A DNA stretch of 64,000 nt from Candidatus Eiseniibacteriota bacterium (GCA_043819135.1 JBDRFG010000008.1:29004-93003), one strand, 5' to 3'. Shown: positions 47,132 to 56,660, counted from the first letter of the stretch. Notes: generated from the sequence alone by a model not told the origin. A program made the numbers and translations.

Positions 47132-47455
47132 TCACTTCTCGCACCCGCAGTCGACGTTCCCGGCGAGGATTTCTTTCCAGTCGCCGATGACATCGTGCGT
47201 CCAGCAATCGTCGGCCCCGGCGGCCTCGCGCATCACGAGCGCGAGTATGTACGCCAACTCCTTGACGGTGGCCCCGGCTTCCAGTGCGCCCTTGAAGTGC
47301 TTGAGCACGCAGGGCTTCGAACGGGCCCTTACGGAGAGCGCGAAACAGATGAACTGGTAGGTCTTCTCATCTATTGTGCGTCGGTCTCCGTACAGCTCGT
47401 CCATCTGATCCAGCTGCTCCGCGAATTCAGGGAAGAACTCGGCCAGCATCCTCAA
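47132..47455 (-). CDS. Carboxymuconolactone decarboxylase (AhpD-like) family protein
   Basis: IDEKT..ICFALS, C..KH..GALEAGAT..E. Confidence 0.85.
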   Translation of the reverse strand: MRMLAEFFPEFAEQLDQMDELYGDRRTIDEKTYQFICFALSVRARSKPCVLKHFKGALEAGATVKELAYILALVMREAAGADDCWTHDVIGDWKEILAGNVDCGCEK

Positions 47456-47458
47456 GGT

Positions 47459-48070
47459 TCACCTCCTGACGGGTGTCTCGTTCGGTTGAGCAACACTGTC
47501 GCGCACGCTGCCACAAGGGAGGTCTGGCTTGCGCGCCTCGCTCAGGCTGGCTTCCACCTCGCCCTGTATGTAGGAGAGGAAGGTCGGCTTGTCCCCGACG
47601 AGCCCCCATATGGTCTCCAGTTTCTCCCAGCTTCGTTCCTCGCCCGCCTCTACCACGGACACCACGAGCGAACTCTCGAAGATGTCGTATGCGTCGACGA
47701 GCGTCGTGCTGGACTCGTCATCCAGATTGAGGATTGACCACACGAGTCGTCCGTCGGCCAGCTCTTCGGCAAAGCGAGAGCGAATCGCCTCCTCGGCGTA
47801 TGCCTCGAACTTGAGGCAGGTGTCGCAGCGGAGCGTGCGGTGAAAGTAGTAGACCTGCACGTGGTTCGCGAGCGGCGCTCCCAGCTCGGAGCTCGCGGTC
47901 GAGTCAGAAGCCGCCGCCTCTGGCGCATCGCCTCCCGACGACGCGCCGTCGGCACGGCACGGTACGGCGCCGAGCGACAGCGCAAGGGTGGCGACAAGAA
48001 GCGTGAGGAACGACCCGACCAACGCCGGAGAGAACCAGACCAGGCGGACTCGCACCGTGTTTCCCGTCAC
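47459..48070 (-). CDS. Exported thioredoxin-fold protein (ArsF-like, ars-operon associated)
   Basis: Signal peptide; VYYFH..RCDTC..FE; WEKLETIW. Confidence 0.75.
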   Translation of the reverse strand: MTGNTVRVRLVWFSPALVGSFLTLLVATLALSLGAVPCRADGASSGGDAPEAAASDSTASSELGAPLANHVQVYYFHRTLRCDTCLKFEAYAEEAIRSRFAEELADGRLVWSILNLDDESSTTLVDAYDIFESSLVVSVVEAGEERSWEKLETIWGLVGDKPTFLSYIQGEVEASLSEARKPDLPCGSVRDSVAQPNETPVRR

Positions 48071-48303
48071 GCCGCCTCCAGCAACGCTTTGATCTCGTCG
48101 ACCGACAGGAGCTTGCCCGCGCTCTTCACGTCGCCGTCCACAGCCAGCGCCGGAGTCAGCATCACGCCGAATCCCATGATCTCGTTGATGTCGGTGACCT
48201 TCACGACTTCGCAGTCGAGTCCCGACTCACTGACCGCGCTTCCGACCCGCTCCGCCAACATCTTGCATTTGGGGCACCCGGTGCCCAGTATCTGGACCTT
48301 CAT
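48067..48303 (-). CDS. Small redox-active disulfide protein (MTH895/TM0996-like)
   Basis: ILGTGCPKC; GVMLTPAL.VDG. Confidence 0.9.
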   Translation of the reverse strand: MKVQILGTGCPKCKMLAERVGSAVSESGLDCEVVKVTDINEIMGFGVMLTPALAVDGDVKSAGKLLSVDEIKALLEAA

Positions 48304-48313
48304 TGTCTCCTCC

Positions 48314-49615
48314 TCATCCGACGAAGGCGCCGTAGAGCATGCCTGAGACGGTCGCCATCACCACAACCAGCGCGACGAAGACGAGCGTCTTCTTCGTTCC
48401 CATGATGCTTCGAATAACCAGCATGTTCGGAAGCGACAGCGCTGGCCCCGCCAGAAGCAGCGCCAGCGCCGGTCCCTTACCCATGCCGCTACCGATGAGC
48501 CCCTGAAGGATCGGCACTTCGGTCAGCGTGGCGAAGTACATGAACGCCCCGGCCACGGACGCGAACAGGTTCGACCATATCGAGTTCCCCCCGACCGCGC
48601 GTGCGACCCAGATGGAGGGGATCATCCCTTCCTGCCCCGGGCGTCCCAGCAGAACACCGGCGACCAGGACGCCGAAAAGAAGCAGCGGCAGTATCTGCTT
48701 GGCGAACCCCCAGCTCGACTCGAACCACTCGCCCAGCTCGTCGTTCCGAATACTCGTTACAGCACCGAGACCCACGATGCCGGCCGCGAACGGAAGCAAC
48801 GGCTGACCGCGCGCAAACAGCGCAAGCACGACGACCGGCACCGCCACAAGGACCAGCCGCGACACCTTCAGCCCGAACCACGTGACGAGCACCGCTCCGA
48901 GCCCGAGCGCCAGGATTGACGTCACGATCCACTTGCTCGAGTAGATCGCCGCCCACGCGCCCGTTCCCTCCGTGGGCCTACCCCAGTTCGCGAACACGAG
49001 AATGCCGACCATCAGTGCGAAGTAGACACCGTTCTGCCAGAGCGGCCTCACGACCACAGGCTCGGGCATGGCCGCCTGCGCGTCCGCCTTCTCGAGCTCT
49101 TCCTTGCGAAATATGAGGTGCATGAGAAGTCCGATGACTACGCTGAACACCACGGCGCCCACGGCCCGGGCGATGCCGAGCTCGGGTCCCAGCACCCTCG
49201 CGGTCAGGATGATGGCCAGCACGTTGATAGCGGGGCCCGAGTAGAGGAACGCGGTCGCCGGACCCAGCCCGGCGCCCATGCGGTAGATGCCCGCGAAGAG
49301 CGGCAAGACCGTGCAAGAGCAGACGGCAAGTATCGAGCCCGAGACCGACGCAACGCCATAAGCGAGCGGCTTTGGTGCGCGGGCGCCGAGGTACTTCATC
49401 ACCGATTCTTTCTTCACGAATACGGCGATGGCCCCCGCTATCAGAAACGCCGGGAGCAAACAGAGCACGACGTGCTCCCGCGCGTACCACTTGACGAGGT
49501 GGAGCGCCTCCATGATGGAGTTGTCAAACCGCGGGAGACCCACGGGCAGGTAGAACGCGGCCAGAAAGACCGCGGTGATGATCGCAAGAGGCTTCCACTG
49601 TCCCTTCCAGCTCAT
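48314..49615 (-). CDS. ArsP/DUF318-family permease
   Basis: AVCSCTVLP, FLYSGPAIN, YFATLTEVP and LAGPALSLP. Confidence 0.9.
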   Translation of the reverse strand: MSWKGQWKPLAIITAVFLAAFYLPVGLPRFDNSIMEALHLVKWYAREHVVLCLLPAFLIAGAIAVFVKKESVMKYLGARAPKPLAYGVASVSGSILAVCSCTVLPLFAGIYRMGAGLGPATAFLYSGPAINVLAIILTARVLGPELGIARAVGAVVFSVVIGLLMHLIFRKEELEKADAQAAMPEPVVVRPLWQNGVYFALMVGILVFANWGRPTEGTGAWAAIYSSKWIVTSILALGLGAVLVTWFGLKVSRLVLVAVPVVVLALFARGQPLLPFAAGIVGLGAVTSIRNDELGEWFESSWGFAKQILPLLLFGVLVAGVLLGRPGQEGMIPSIWVARAVGGNSIWSNLFASVAGAFMYFATLTEVPILQGLIGSGMGKGPALALLLAGPALSLPNMLVIRSIMGTKKTLVFVALVVVMATVSGMLYGAFVG

Positions 49616-49675
49616 CGTTCCTCCAGGAGTGTTCTTTCGGGGTTCGTGACGATTTGAGCCCGCGGCCGTCCGACG

Positions 49676-50374
49676 CTATCGCGCCGTGTACAGCAGGTAG
49701 ACACCGCCCAGGATTACGAGCGCCCCGCAGACGCGCTTCACGATCACTGCCCCACGGGATCGCTCGTTCCAGTCGAGGTAGCGCTGGACGAACTCGGTGA
49801 ACGTCCCTGCGAGCACGATGAACGAACAGTGGCCTATCCCGTACACTAGAAGGAGCAGCACGCCGTATGCCAGATTGGTCGACGCTAGCCTGAGTGTGAC
49901 GCCAAGCATCGGCGCCATATACGCGAACGTGCACGGCCCGAGCGCCACGCCGAAGACGAGCCCGAGAACGAACGCGGCGAGCCCTCCCCTGCGCTTCATC
50001 TTGACGCTCCCAGGACCGGACCATGGCATCCGGATGACGTCCAGGAGGTTGAGACCCACCACGAAGAAGATGACGGCGACCGCGTAGTTGCCCCAGCGCC
50101 CGACGTCGCCGAGCATGCGTCCGGCAGCCGCAGTGACCCCGCCGATGGCGCCTATCGTGACGAGGATGCCGACCGAGAAGAGCACCGAGATGCCGAAGGC
50201 GCGTCGCGTGGTAATCTGTCCTTGCCCGTTTATGAACCCGACGATGAGCGGAATGCTCGCGAGGTGGCACGGACTCAGGATGATGCTCAGGATGCCCCAC
50301 AAGAACGAGGCCCCGAGCGCGACTGCGGGGGCGCCCTCGACGGCGCGCGTAAGTGTGATGAAGAGCTCTCCCAT
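49676..50374 (-). CDS. ccdA: Cytochrome c biogenesis CcdA / DsbD-like protein
   Basis: LSPC and GPCT motifs within 6 TMs. Confidence 0.85.
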   Translation of the reverse strand: MGELFITLTRAVEGAPAVALGASFLWGILSIILSPCHLASIPLIVGFINGQGQITTRRAFGISVLFSVGILVTIGAIGGVTAAAGRMLGDVGRWGNYAVAVIFFVVGLNLLDVIRMPWSGPGSVKMKRRGGLAAFVLGLVFGVALGPCTFAYMAPMLGVTLRLASTNLAYGVLLLLVYGIGHCSFIVLAGTFTEFVQRYLDWNERSRGAVIVKRVCGALVILGGVYLLYTAR

Positions 50375-50437
50375 GTATCCCCCCGGTTCCTTGGTTCAGT
50401 CGGTGCCGCAACGCATGCCGGCAGCGACGGCGCCGCA

Positions 50438-50464
50438 TCTGCCGCCGGTCGCGCCGGCGGCAGA
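50438..50464. other. Intra-operon stem-loop
   Basis: TCTGCCGCCGG-tcgcg-CCGGCGGCAGA. Confidence 0.5.
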
Positions 50465-50465
50465 C

Positions 50466-50957
50466 TTACTCCTCGAAGACGTACCCGAGCTCCGCCCACT
50501 TTGCGAGCATGTCCTCGCGCGAGAAGAACCCCTGGTGGCGGAAGAGCTCGTTGCCCTCCCCGTCGAAGAATATTTGCGTCGGGATGATCTTGACGCCGAA
50601 CTCCCGCGCCGCCGACGCGTCCTTCCATACGTCGATGAACCTGACGTCCAGCTGCCCCTCGAACGTTTCCTTCATCTCCTCCAGAATAGGCGCCATCACT
50701 TTGCACGGCACGCACTTGTCGGCGCCCAGATCCAGGAGCACTGGGAACCCCGCCGTGACGACCGTACCGGAAGCCACGGATGAGCCCGATGACGCCTCTC
50801 TGGAAGTGGGGTCGGAGGCCGCGACGGACGTGCCCTCGGGCAGACTCGATCCTTCCTCTGCCGGCCTCGAATCATCGCCCGCGCCTCTACCGCACCCGCA
50901 CGCCAGGACTCCGGCGGCAGCGATCACGAACGCGGCCAGCCAGAACCTGCCAGCCAC
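50466..50957 (-). CDS. Thioredoxin-family lipoprotein
   Basis: Lipobox VLACGC; CVPC; IPTQIFFD; start uncertain. Confidence 0.85.
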   Translation of the reverse strand: MAGRFWLAAFVIAAAGVLACGCGRGAGDDSRPAEEGSSLPEGTSVAASDPTSREASSGSSVASGTVVTAGFPVLLDLGADKCVPCKVMAPILEEMKETFEGQLDVRFIDVWKDASAAREFGVKIIPTQIFFDGEGNELFRHQGFFSREDMLAKWAELGYVFEE

Positions 50958-50967
50958 CGTCACCTCT

Positions 50968-51288
50968 CTACTCGACACCATGCCTGCCACAGGATGCCTC
51001 CCCCTTGAGGACCGCTTCCACGCAGTCAAAGAAACCCATAACACATGCCATGCGAAGTGAGTAGTAGACCTCGGAGCCTCTCTTCTCGTCGCTCAGGATG
51101 CCGGCGGACCTCAGGATCGAGAGGTGTTTCGAAACGGTCGACATGTCGGCGCCCACCATCTCGGTCAGCTCGTGCACGCAGCGCTCTCCTCGCGACAGCT
51201 CGTCGACTATGTAGAGCCGCGTCGGGTGCGCCATCGCCTTGAGCACGCGCGCGCGTTCCTCGAATGTTGCCCTGGTTTTCGCGTTCAC
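50968..51288 (-). CDS. arsR: ArsR/SmtB metalloregulator
   Basis: KAMAHPTRL, ERCVHEL, STVSKHL; AGGAGG before GTG. Confidence 0.9.
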   Translation of the reverse strand: MNAKTRATFEERARVLKAMAHPTRLYIVDELSRGERCVHELTEMVGADMSTVSKHLSILRSAGILSDEKRGSEVYYSLRMACVMGFFDCVEAVLKGEASCGRHGVE

Positions 51289-51352
51289 CGCTCCTCCTGA
51301 CCGCGGTCCGAGATGTCCGCTGAAGGGTTTTCGACAGAGGGTCTCTTCTAAC

Positions 51353-51389
51353 ACTTGGCTATTTTACCAAATTACCAAATCATCATCAA
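51353..51389 (-). promoter_or_regulatory. arsR promoter with overlapping inverted-repeat operator
   Basis: TTGATG-17 bp-TAAAAT; imperfect palindrome ACTTGGCTATTTTACCAAAT at 51353-51372. Confidence 0.75.
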
Positions 51390-51435
51390 GAGAAAAGGAC
51401 CGTCCCGCGGCGGATGACGGCCCCCGTCCCCTCGT

Positions 51436-52653
51436 CTATTCCTCGGCGTCACCGTGGTCGTGATGCCCGAAGTCTTCTTTGTCGTACTCCATGCCGGGCC
51501 TGAACGCCGACATTTCCCGCAGCCGCTTCGCTATCCCCGGCAGCACCTCCAGAACGAGGTCGACGTCCTCGTCGGTCGACCACCTGCCGAACGTGAACTG
51601 AAGCGAGCCGTGGGCCTCTTCGTGCTTGATGCCCATCGCCAGCTGGACGTACGAGGGCTCGAGCGTCCTGGCGCTGCACGCCGAACCGCTCGAGACGCTG
51701 ACGCCCTCCATGTCGAGCGACAGAAGAAGGCTCTCCCCCTCGATGTAGGCGAGTCGAACGTTCGCGTTGTTCGGTAGTCGCCGGTCACGTGGGCCGTTGA
51801 GGGTCGTGTCCTCTATGTTGTCGAGGATCCAGTCCATCAGCCGGTCGCGCATGGGCCTGACACGGGCAACGTCGGACTCCATCTCGGCGGCCATGATCTC
51901 CGCGGCCACGCCGAACCCGACGATGCCGGGGACGTTCTCGGTCCCGGATCTCAATCCCTTCTCCTGCCCTCCTCCATGCACGAGTGCCTCGAGCCTGGTG
52001 CCCTTCCTTATACAGAGAGCACCCATGCCCCTGGGCCCATAGATGTCGTTGGACGACAGAGTCATGAGGTCGAACGGTAGAGTGGACAGGTCGATGGGGA
52101 TCCACGCCTCGGCCGCCGTCGCGTCGGTGTGAAAGAGGATACCCGCGGCCCTTGCGATGTCCGCGATCTGGCCGACGGGCTGTATGGTGCCGACCTCCCC
52201 CACGGCCATCATCACGGAGATCAGGATCGTATCGTCGCGGATCGCCGCCTCGACGTCGGCGGGATCGACGAATCCCTCGGAGTCGACGGGGAGGCTCGTC
52301 ACCTCGAAACCAAGTCGCTCGAGATACTTGAGCGGCGTGATGACCGAGCGATGTTCGACCACGGACGAAATGATGTGTTTGCCCTTGGACTGGAGCTTGA
52401 GAGCCGCGCCCTTGAGCGCCATGTTGTTGGATTCAGTCGCTCCGGACGTGAAGACGATCTCGGCAGGTGTGGCGCCGACGAAAGACGCGACGCGTGCACG
52501 CGCTTCCTCGAGCGCCTGGCCAGCGGCGTCGCCGTCATTCCTGAATAGAACGGAAGGGTTTCCGAAGTGCTCGGTCATGTGGGGAATCATCGCCTCGACG
52601 ACGCGAGGATCCACCGGCGCTCCGGACTGGTAGTCGAGGTATCCTCTGGTCAC
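51436..52653 (-). CDS. IscS/NifS-like cysteine desulfurase homolog lacking the PLP-binding Lys (SSNDIYGPRG)
   Basis: YLDY, FGNPS, FTSGATESNN, GGGQEKGLRSGTEN and SSGSACS; canonical HK replaced by ND. Confidence 0.9.
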   Translation of the reverse strand: MTRGYLDYQSGAPVDPRVVEAMIPHMTEHFGNPSVLFRNDGDAAGQALEEARARVASFVGATPAEIVFTSGATESNNMALKGAALKLQSKGKHIISSVVEHRSVITPLKYLERLGFEVTSLPVDSEGFVDPADVEAAIRDDTILISVMMAVGEVGTIQPVGQIADIARAAGILFHTDATAAEAWIPIDLSTLPFDLMTLSSNDIYGPRGMGALCIRKGTRLEALVHGGGQEKGLRSGTENVPGIVGFGVAAEIMAAEMESDVARVRPMRDRLMDWILDNIEDTTLNGPRDRRLPNNANVRLAYIEGESLLLSLDMEGVSVSSGSACSARTLEPSYVQLAMGIKHEEAHGSLQFTFGRWSTDEDVDLVLEVLPGIAKRLREMSAFRPGMEYDKEDFGHHDHGDAEE

Positions 52654-52726
52654 TGGCGTCCACCTCCACTCCCCGGATAACGACGCGGCGCCGCGGCGTT
52701 TCTGGCGGGTTGTCAGACGTCGCGCG

Positions 52727-53095
52727 TCAGAAGGACAGAATGGCGTCCGCGTCGAGCGAGAGGTCGTTCAGTGTCGCTGCGCCGACTACCTCCACTCCGT
52801 CGATGTAGTCTCCCCTGCTGAGTCCCATGAGCTGAGAGCTCTGCTCGCAGACCAGGAACGTCACGCCCGCGTCGGCGGCCCGCTTCATTACCTCGGACAG
52901 CTTGGGGAAATCTCCCATCTGGATCTTGTCCGCCTCGCCGGTCTTGACGACGGTGATCCCCTTGCCCAGGAAGTAGACGGTCGCGTCTACGCCCATGGAG
53001 ACGGCCACGGTCGCAAGAACGAGGGGCGAATACAGTCTCATCGGGGTATCGATACCCGAGGTCTGCACGTAGAGGATACGCTTCTTGTCCGCCAT
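52727..53095 (-). CDS. DsrE/DsrF-like sulfur relay protein
   Basis: YF.GKG, GV..LVCEQS and VVGAA motifs; GGAGGT RBS. Confidence 0.85.
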   Translation of the reverse strand: MADKKRILYVQTSGIDTPMRLYSPLVLATVAVSMGVDATVYFLGKGITVVKTGEADKIQMGDFPKLSEVMKRAADAGVTFLVCEQSSQLMGLSRGDYIDGVEVVGAATLNDLSLDADAILSF

Positions 53096-53188
53096 TGTCA
53101 TTACCTCCGGTGTGGAGGATGCCTGGGACAGCCCGGGCGGTGCCACCGTGCCGCACGACCGGCGCTCCCGGTCGTTCCGTGGGCACCG

Positions 53189-53437
53189 CTACGCCGTCCG
53201 GCGAATGAGGAACCGAAAGACGTTGCCGTCCTTCTCGCAGGAGATGAGCTCGTGGCCGGTTCTCTTCGTCCAGCTCTTGATGTCGGGCTCTGACGATGGA
53301 TCGTCGGCCAGGAGCTCAAGCACTTCGCCGACCTCGACGTCGCCTATCGCCTCGTTGACCCGTATCACGGGCTCCGGGCAGAAGTAGCCGGTCATGTCGA
53401 GTGTCTCGGCGACGATTCTCTCGCTGTCGTCCCCCAT
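53189..53437 (-). CDS. tusA: TusA-family sulfurtransferase
   Basis: LDMTGYFCPEPV, DDPSSEPDI..W...GH. Confidence 0.92.
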   Translation of the reverse strand: MGDDSERIVAETLDMTGYFCPEPVIRVNEAIGDVEVGEVLELLADDPSSEPDIKSWTKRTGHELISCEKDGNVFRFLIRRTA

Positions 53438-53628
53438 TGTACCTCCGTCCATCACGGTCTCTTGACGTAGTCGGACTCGCGGGACCAAGCCAGATGCGCG
53501 CCATGTCTCTTAGTTGGCTCCCGCGAGCCCTGCGCACGTCTTATTGTGCACACGCATTAGGATGCCGACACGCCGACGTGGGTTCTCGGCGCCGGCTGCT
53601 CGGTTGCTGCCTGGAAACGGGCTAGTGG

Positions 53629-54297
53629 CTAGTAGACGATGGCCGAGTGCAGTATCCCCACAAGCGCCCAGAGTGGCCCCAGGACCCCCGAGAAGATGAG
53701 AAGCATCAGGATCATGAATCCGTAGCGCCCGATGCTGAGGAACTGCCAACCCATGTCGCGCGGCAGGGCGGCCGCGATGAGACGGGACCCATCGAGCGGT
53801 GGAATCGGCAGAAGATTGAAGAGAGCAAGAAGCAGGTTGATGTATATGCCCCACGAGGCGATGGTCGCGACGAACAGCCATCCGAACGACAGCGACACGT
53901 GGAAGACGAGCGAGTAGACCATGACCTGCGCCAGGTTCGAGACGGGCCCGGCCATGGCCGTGATGGCGAAGTCTCTCATCGGGTCCTTGAACTGCCGCAT
54001 GTCGATCGGGACGGGCTTCGCCCAGCCCAGGAGCGGGAGGTGCATTATCACGGCTATCGCCGGCAGGATGATACTCCCCACGAGGTCGATGTGGGGTATC
54101 GGGTTCAGGGTTATCCTGCCCTGTCTCCTGGCCGTGGGGTCACCCAGCTTCTCCGCCACCACTCCGTGCGAAACCTCGTGGATGATCACGGAGAAGAGCA
54201 GGATGGCTATCGTAACAGGGATCCGGAGTACGCTGATGATGCTGTCCAATGGCGCCTCGCGCGCGCTGCGCAGTAGTTCCTCTGTGCGGCCGGTCAC
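53629..54297 (-). CDS. Site-2 protease (M50) family protein
   Basis: HEVSH and FNLLPIPPLDG; start may be TTG 54249. Confidence 0.92.
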   Translation of the reverse strand: MTGRTEELLRSAREAPLDSIISVLRIPVTIAILLFSVIIHEVSHGVVAEKLGDPTARRQGRITLNPIPHIDLVGSIILPAIAVIMHLPLLGWAKPVPIDMRQFKDPMRDFAITAMAGPVSNLAQVMVYSLVFHVSLSFGWLFVATIASWGIYINLLLALFNLLPIPPLDGSRLIAAALPRDMGWQFLSIGRYGFMILMLLIFSGVLGPLWALVGILHSAIVY

Positions 54298-55032
54298 TCA
54301 GGCCTCGTCGTCCTCAACCTCGTCGCCGGCCCAACCCGCGTCGTTCGTCCGTCCGGCGACGACATCCACGATGTCCTTGAACCGCGTTATGACCTCGCAA
54401 TCGACATCGTCGTAGGCTCCGACCGGATCGAAGAGCACTGGCAGCATGCCGGCCGCCCTCGCCCCGCGCACGTCGACCTCGTAGTAGTCGCCGACGTATA
54501 CCGCTTCCTCGGGCGACAGAGAACTTCTCTTGAGCGCGTCCCGGAAGATCCCGCGGTTCGGCTTGCTGATACCCACGATAGCCGAATCGATGACGAAGTC
54601 AAACCGGTCAAGAATGCCGATCTCGTCCAGCCTCCACTCCAGGCGCCCGTCCGAGTTGGATATGATGCCCAGAGACAGGTTCCGCGCCGCCAGTTCGTCC
54701 AGAGTGTCGTCCAGACCCTCGACCGGTTCCTTCCATATGCCGAGCCCGGTGTCGTTCGCAACGCGAGTCATCTCGATCGCGTCCGGGATCGTTTCCGCCG
54801 GAACGCCGAGCAGCTCGAAGAACGGCGTGTAGTACACCGACCAGAATTCGTGCACGCCCGAGCCGGGAGAATCTGCCACCGATCTGTCGAACGCGCTTCT
54901 GGCGGCGGCCTCGGCTCGCACGATCCCCTCAATGGCAACCTCAACACCAAGAGCCTCGCAGATATCCCGGTAGATGTAGTAATCCGGGAAGAGGATCGTA
55001 TTGCCCGCGTCGAAGAAGACGCCTCGTATCAT
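54298..55032 (-). CDS. HAD-superfamily hydrolase
   Basis: FFDAGNT, ISN, KP and VGD...DV.GA. Confidence 0.9.
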   Translation of the reverse strand: MIRGVFFDAGNTILFPDYYIYRDICEALGVEVAIEGIVRAEAAARSAFDRSVADSPGSGVHEFWSVYYTPFFELLGVPAETIPDAIEMTRVANDTGLGIWKEPVEGLDDTLDELAARNLSLGIISNSDGRLEWRLDEIGILDRFDFVIDSAIVGISKPNRGIFRDALKRSSLSPEEAVYVGDYYEVDVRGARAAGMLPVLFDPVGAYDDVDCEVITRFKDIVDVVAGRTNDAGWAGDEVEDDEA

Positions 55033-55053
55033 GCCGGATACCTCATACCTGCC

Positions 55054-56514
55054 CTATCGGGACGGAACCGCCCTCGTGACCCGCTGCGCGGACGCGCCCG
55101 CGTTCAGACTGTGCAACCAGGCGTTGTGGTAGTCGTGGAGCGCGTCGACCTCGCCGCCGGCGCCCGGGGCGTCATGCGAGAGGCCGCGGTCAAGCGCCGC
55201 CCGCGCCGCCCGCGCCGACATCTTCGCGGCGGCAAGCTCCATGCTCTTTCTCAGGTCGCGGTCGACCTGCTCGAGCACGGCGCTCTTGCGCCTCTCGTCC
55301 AGGTCGTCCGAATAGCCCGCTCTATCACAGTAGAGCCTCTCGAGCGCGTCCTCGGCCCTGGCCACCAGTGTCGACATGTGCTCCACGGCCCGCTCCGCCA
55401 GCATCGCGTTCGCCTCCACCTGATATGCGAGAAGCGCACCGATGCGCGCTCGGGCCTCCTCGCTCGCCGCGCCTCCCATGTAACCGCGCTCGTGACCCTG
55501 TTCGCCCGCCGCAGCCTCGTCGTGTGGCTCGTTGAGCACGCGCTCTGTGAGGTCGCGCGCGAGTTCCCAGTCGCTCCTCATCACTGTCCAGGGGATGTAG
55601 AGATCGCCGTCCGCCGCGGGGGGCGCACTTAGAGCGTCCACCGAGCTCGCGGAGGGCTCGAGGAGTTTCCCGAGTTCTACGAGTAGATCCAGCACGCCCG
55701 ACATCGACTCGAGAGCGGGGCCCGTCCTCTCGGACGGCTCTCCGCTCGTCGCCACTGCCCGCGACGCCTCGGCCCATTTCTCGGTGAGAAGTTCGCCGCT
55801 GCTCGCGCTCAGTGAGTCGACCAGAACGCCCAGGTCGTGGGTACCGGCCGCGACCGTGGCGCAAACGGCATCGATCCGCCTAGAAGTCTCGACGATCCTG
55901 GGGGCGAGTTCCGCTATGCTGTTCGAGTTGCCCTGCGCGACGGCCTGCTCCAATTGTCGCTGGTCGGCCGCGAGTCCGGCCGCGAGGTCGGCCGAAGCCT
56001 CACCTCCGGCGGTGACGCGGTCCACCAGCCCCTCGAAGCGTGTCATCATCCCGCGGGCCGGCGTGGAGGAAAACTCGTGCCACACGACGAAGCCGAAGAG
56101 GGTGTCCCTGAGAGCGCTCTCCGCCGGGATGATCCTCGATATCCCGGCGATGCCGAAGGTGACGTCCAGCTCTCCGATCGCGGTGACTGTCTTCCTTATG
56201 CGCGCTGTGGTAGTCGAAAGTTCCTCTCCCGCCTCAACGAGCGTGGTCAGGTCCTCACCAGTCTGGGTCTGGGCGATCATACTGAACTCCGCCGACAGCC
56301 CATCGGCGAACTGAGTCTTGAGATCGAGGATCGTCGGAACCAGCCACGGCCGAAGCGGGATGTCATAAGGAAGTTCGGCGCCCGCAGGCGGAGCCACCGG
56401 GATGAGCACGGCGTCCTGGGCCGTCACTACGGACGGAGTGACCGCGCAGATCAGTAGTATCGCCAGCATGCGAAGACCAAGGGAAAAAATGGAGTTCGTT
56501 CTCATGCGCATCAT
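55054..56514 (-). CDS. Hypothetical secreted alpha-helical protein
   Basis: Signal peptide (..VVTA/QD), Ala-rich helical body, no known motif. Confidence 0.7.
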   Translation of the reverse strand: MMRMRTNSIFSLGLRMLAILLICAVTPSVVTAQDAVLIPVAPPAGAELPYDIPLRPWLVPTILDLKTQFADGLSAEFSMIAQTQTGEDLTTLVEAGEELSTTTARIRKTVTAIGELDVTFGIAGISRIIPAESALRDTLFGFVVWHEFSSTPARGMMTRFEGLVDRVTAGGEASADLAAGLAADQRQLEQAVAQGNSNSIAELAPRIVETSRRIDAVCATVAAGTHDLGVLVDSLSASSGELLTEKWAEASRAVATSGEPSERTGPALESMSGVLDLLVELGKLLEPSASSVDALSAPPAADGDLYIPWTVMRSDWELARDLTERVLNEPHDEAAAGEQGHERGYMGGAASEEARARIGALLAYQVEANAMLAERAVEHMSTLVARAEDALERLYCDRAGYSDDLDERRKSAVLEQVDRDLRKSMELAAAKMSARAARAALDRGLSHDAPGAGGEVDALHDYHNAWLHSLNAGASAQRVTRAVPSR

Positions 56515-56660
56515 CGAGAGCTCCCCCTGCGGACAGGACGAATACCGCCTCTGTCCAAATGTATGTGATTCATGCGCTGTCGTGGACCGTAGGCCCTCGT
56601 CATCACCGAACCGGCGGGCTCAAACAGAACGCGCCCGTCGGTGAGTAAATGGTATCACAG

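Noticed and set aside
47132-47134. Selenocysteine readthrough of the CMD TGA into the arsC-like segment
   Set aside because: The TGA does not align with an ArsC catalytic Cys, no convincing SECIS follows, and the downstream part is internally deleted
53555-53570. sigma54-like GGCATCCTAATGC upstream of tusA
   Set aside because: Spacing is GG-N9-GC, not the required N10
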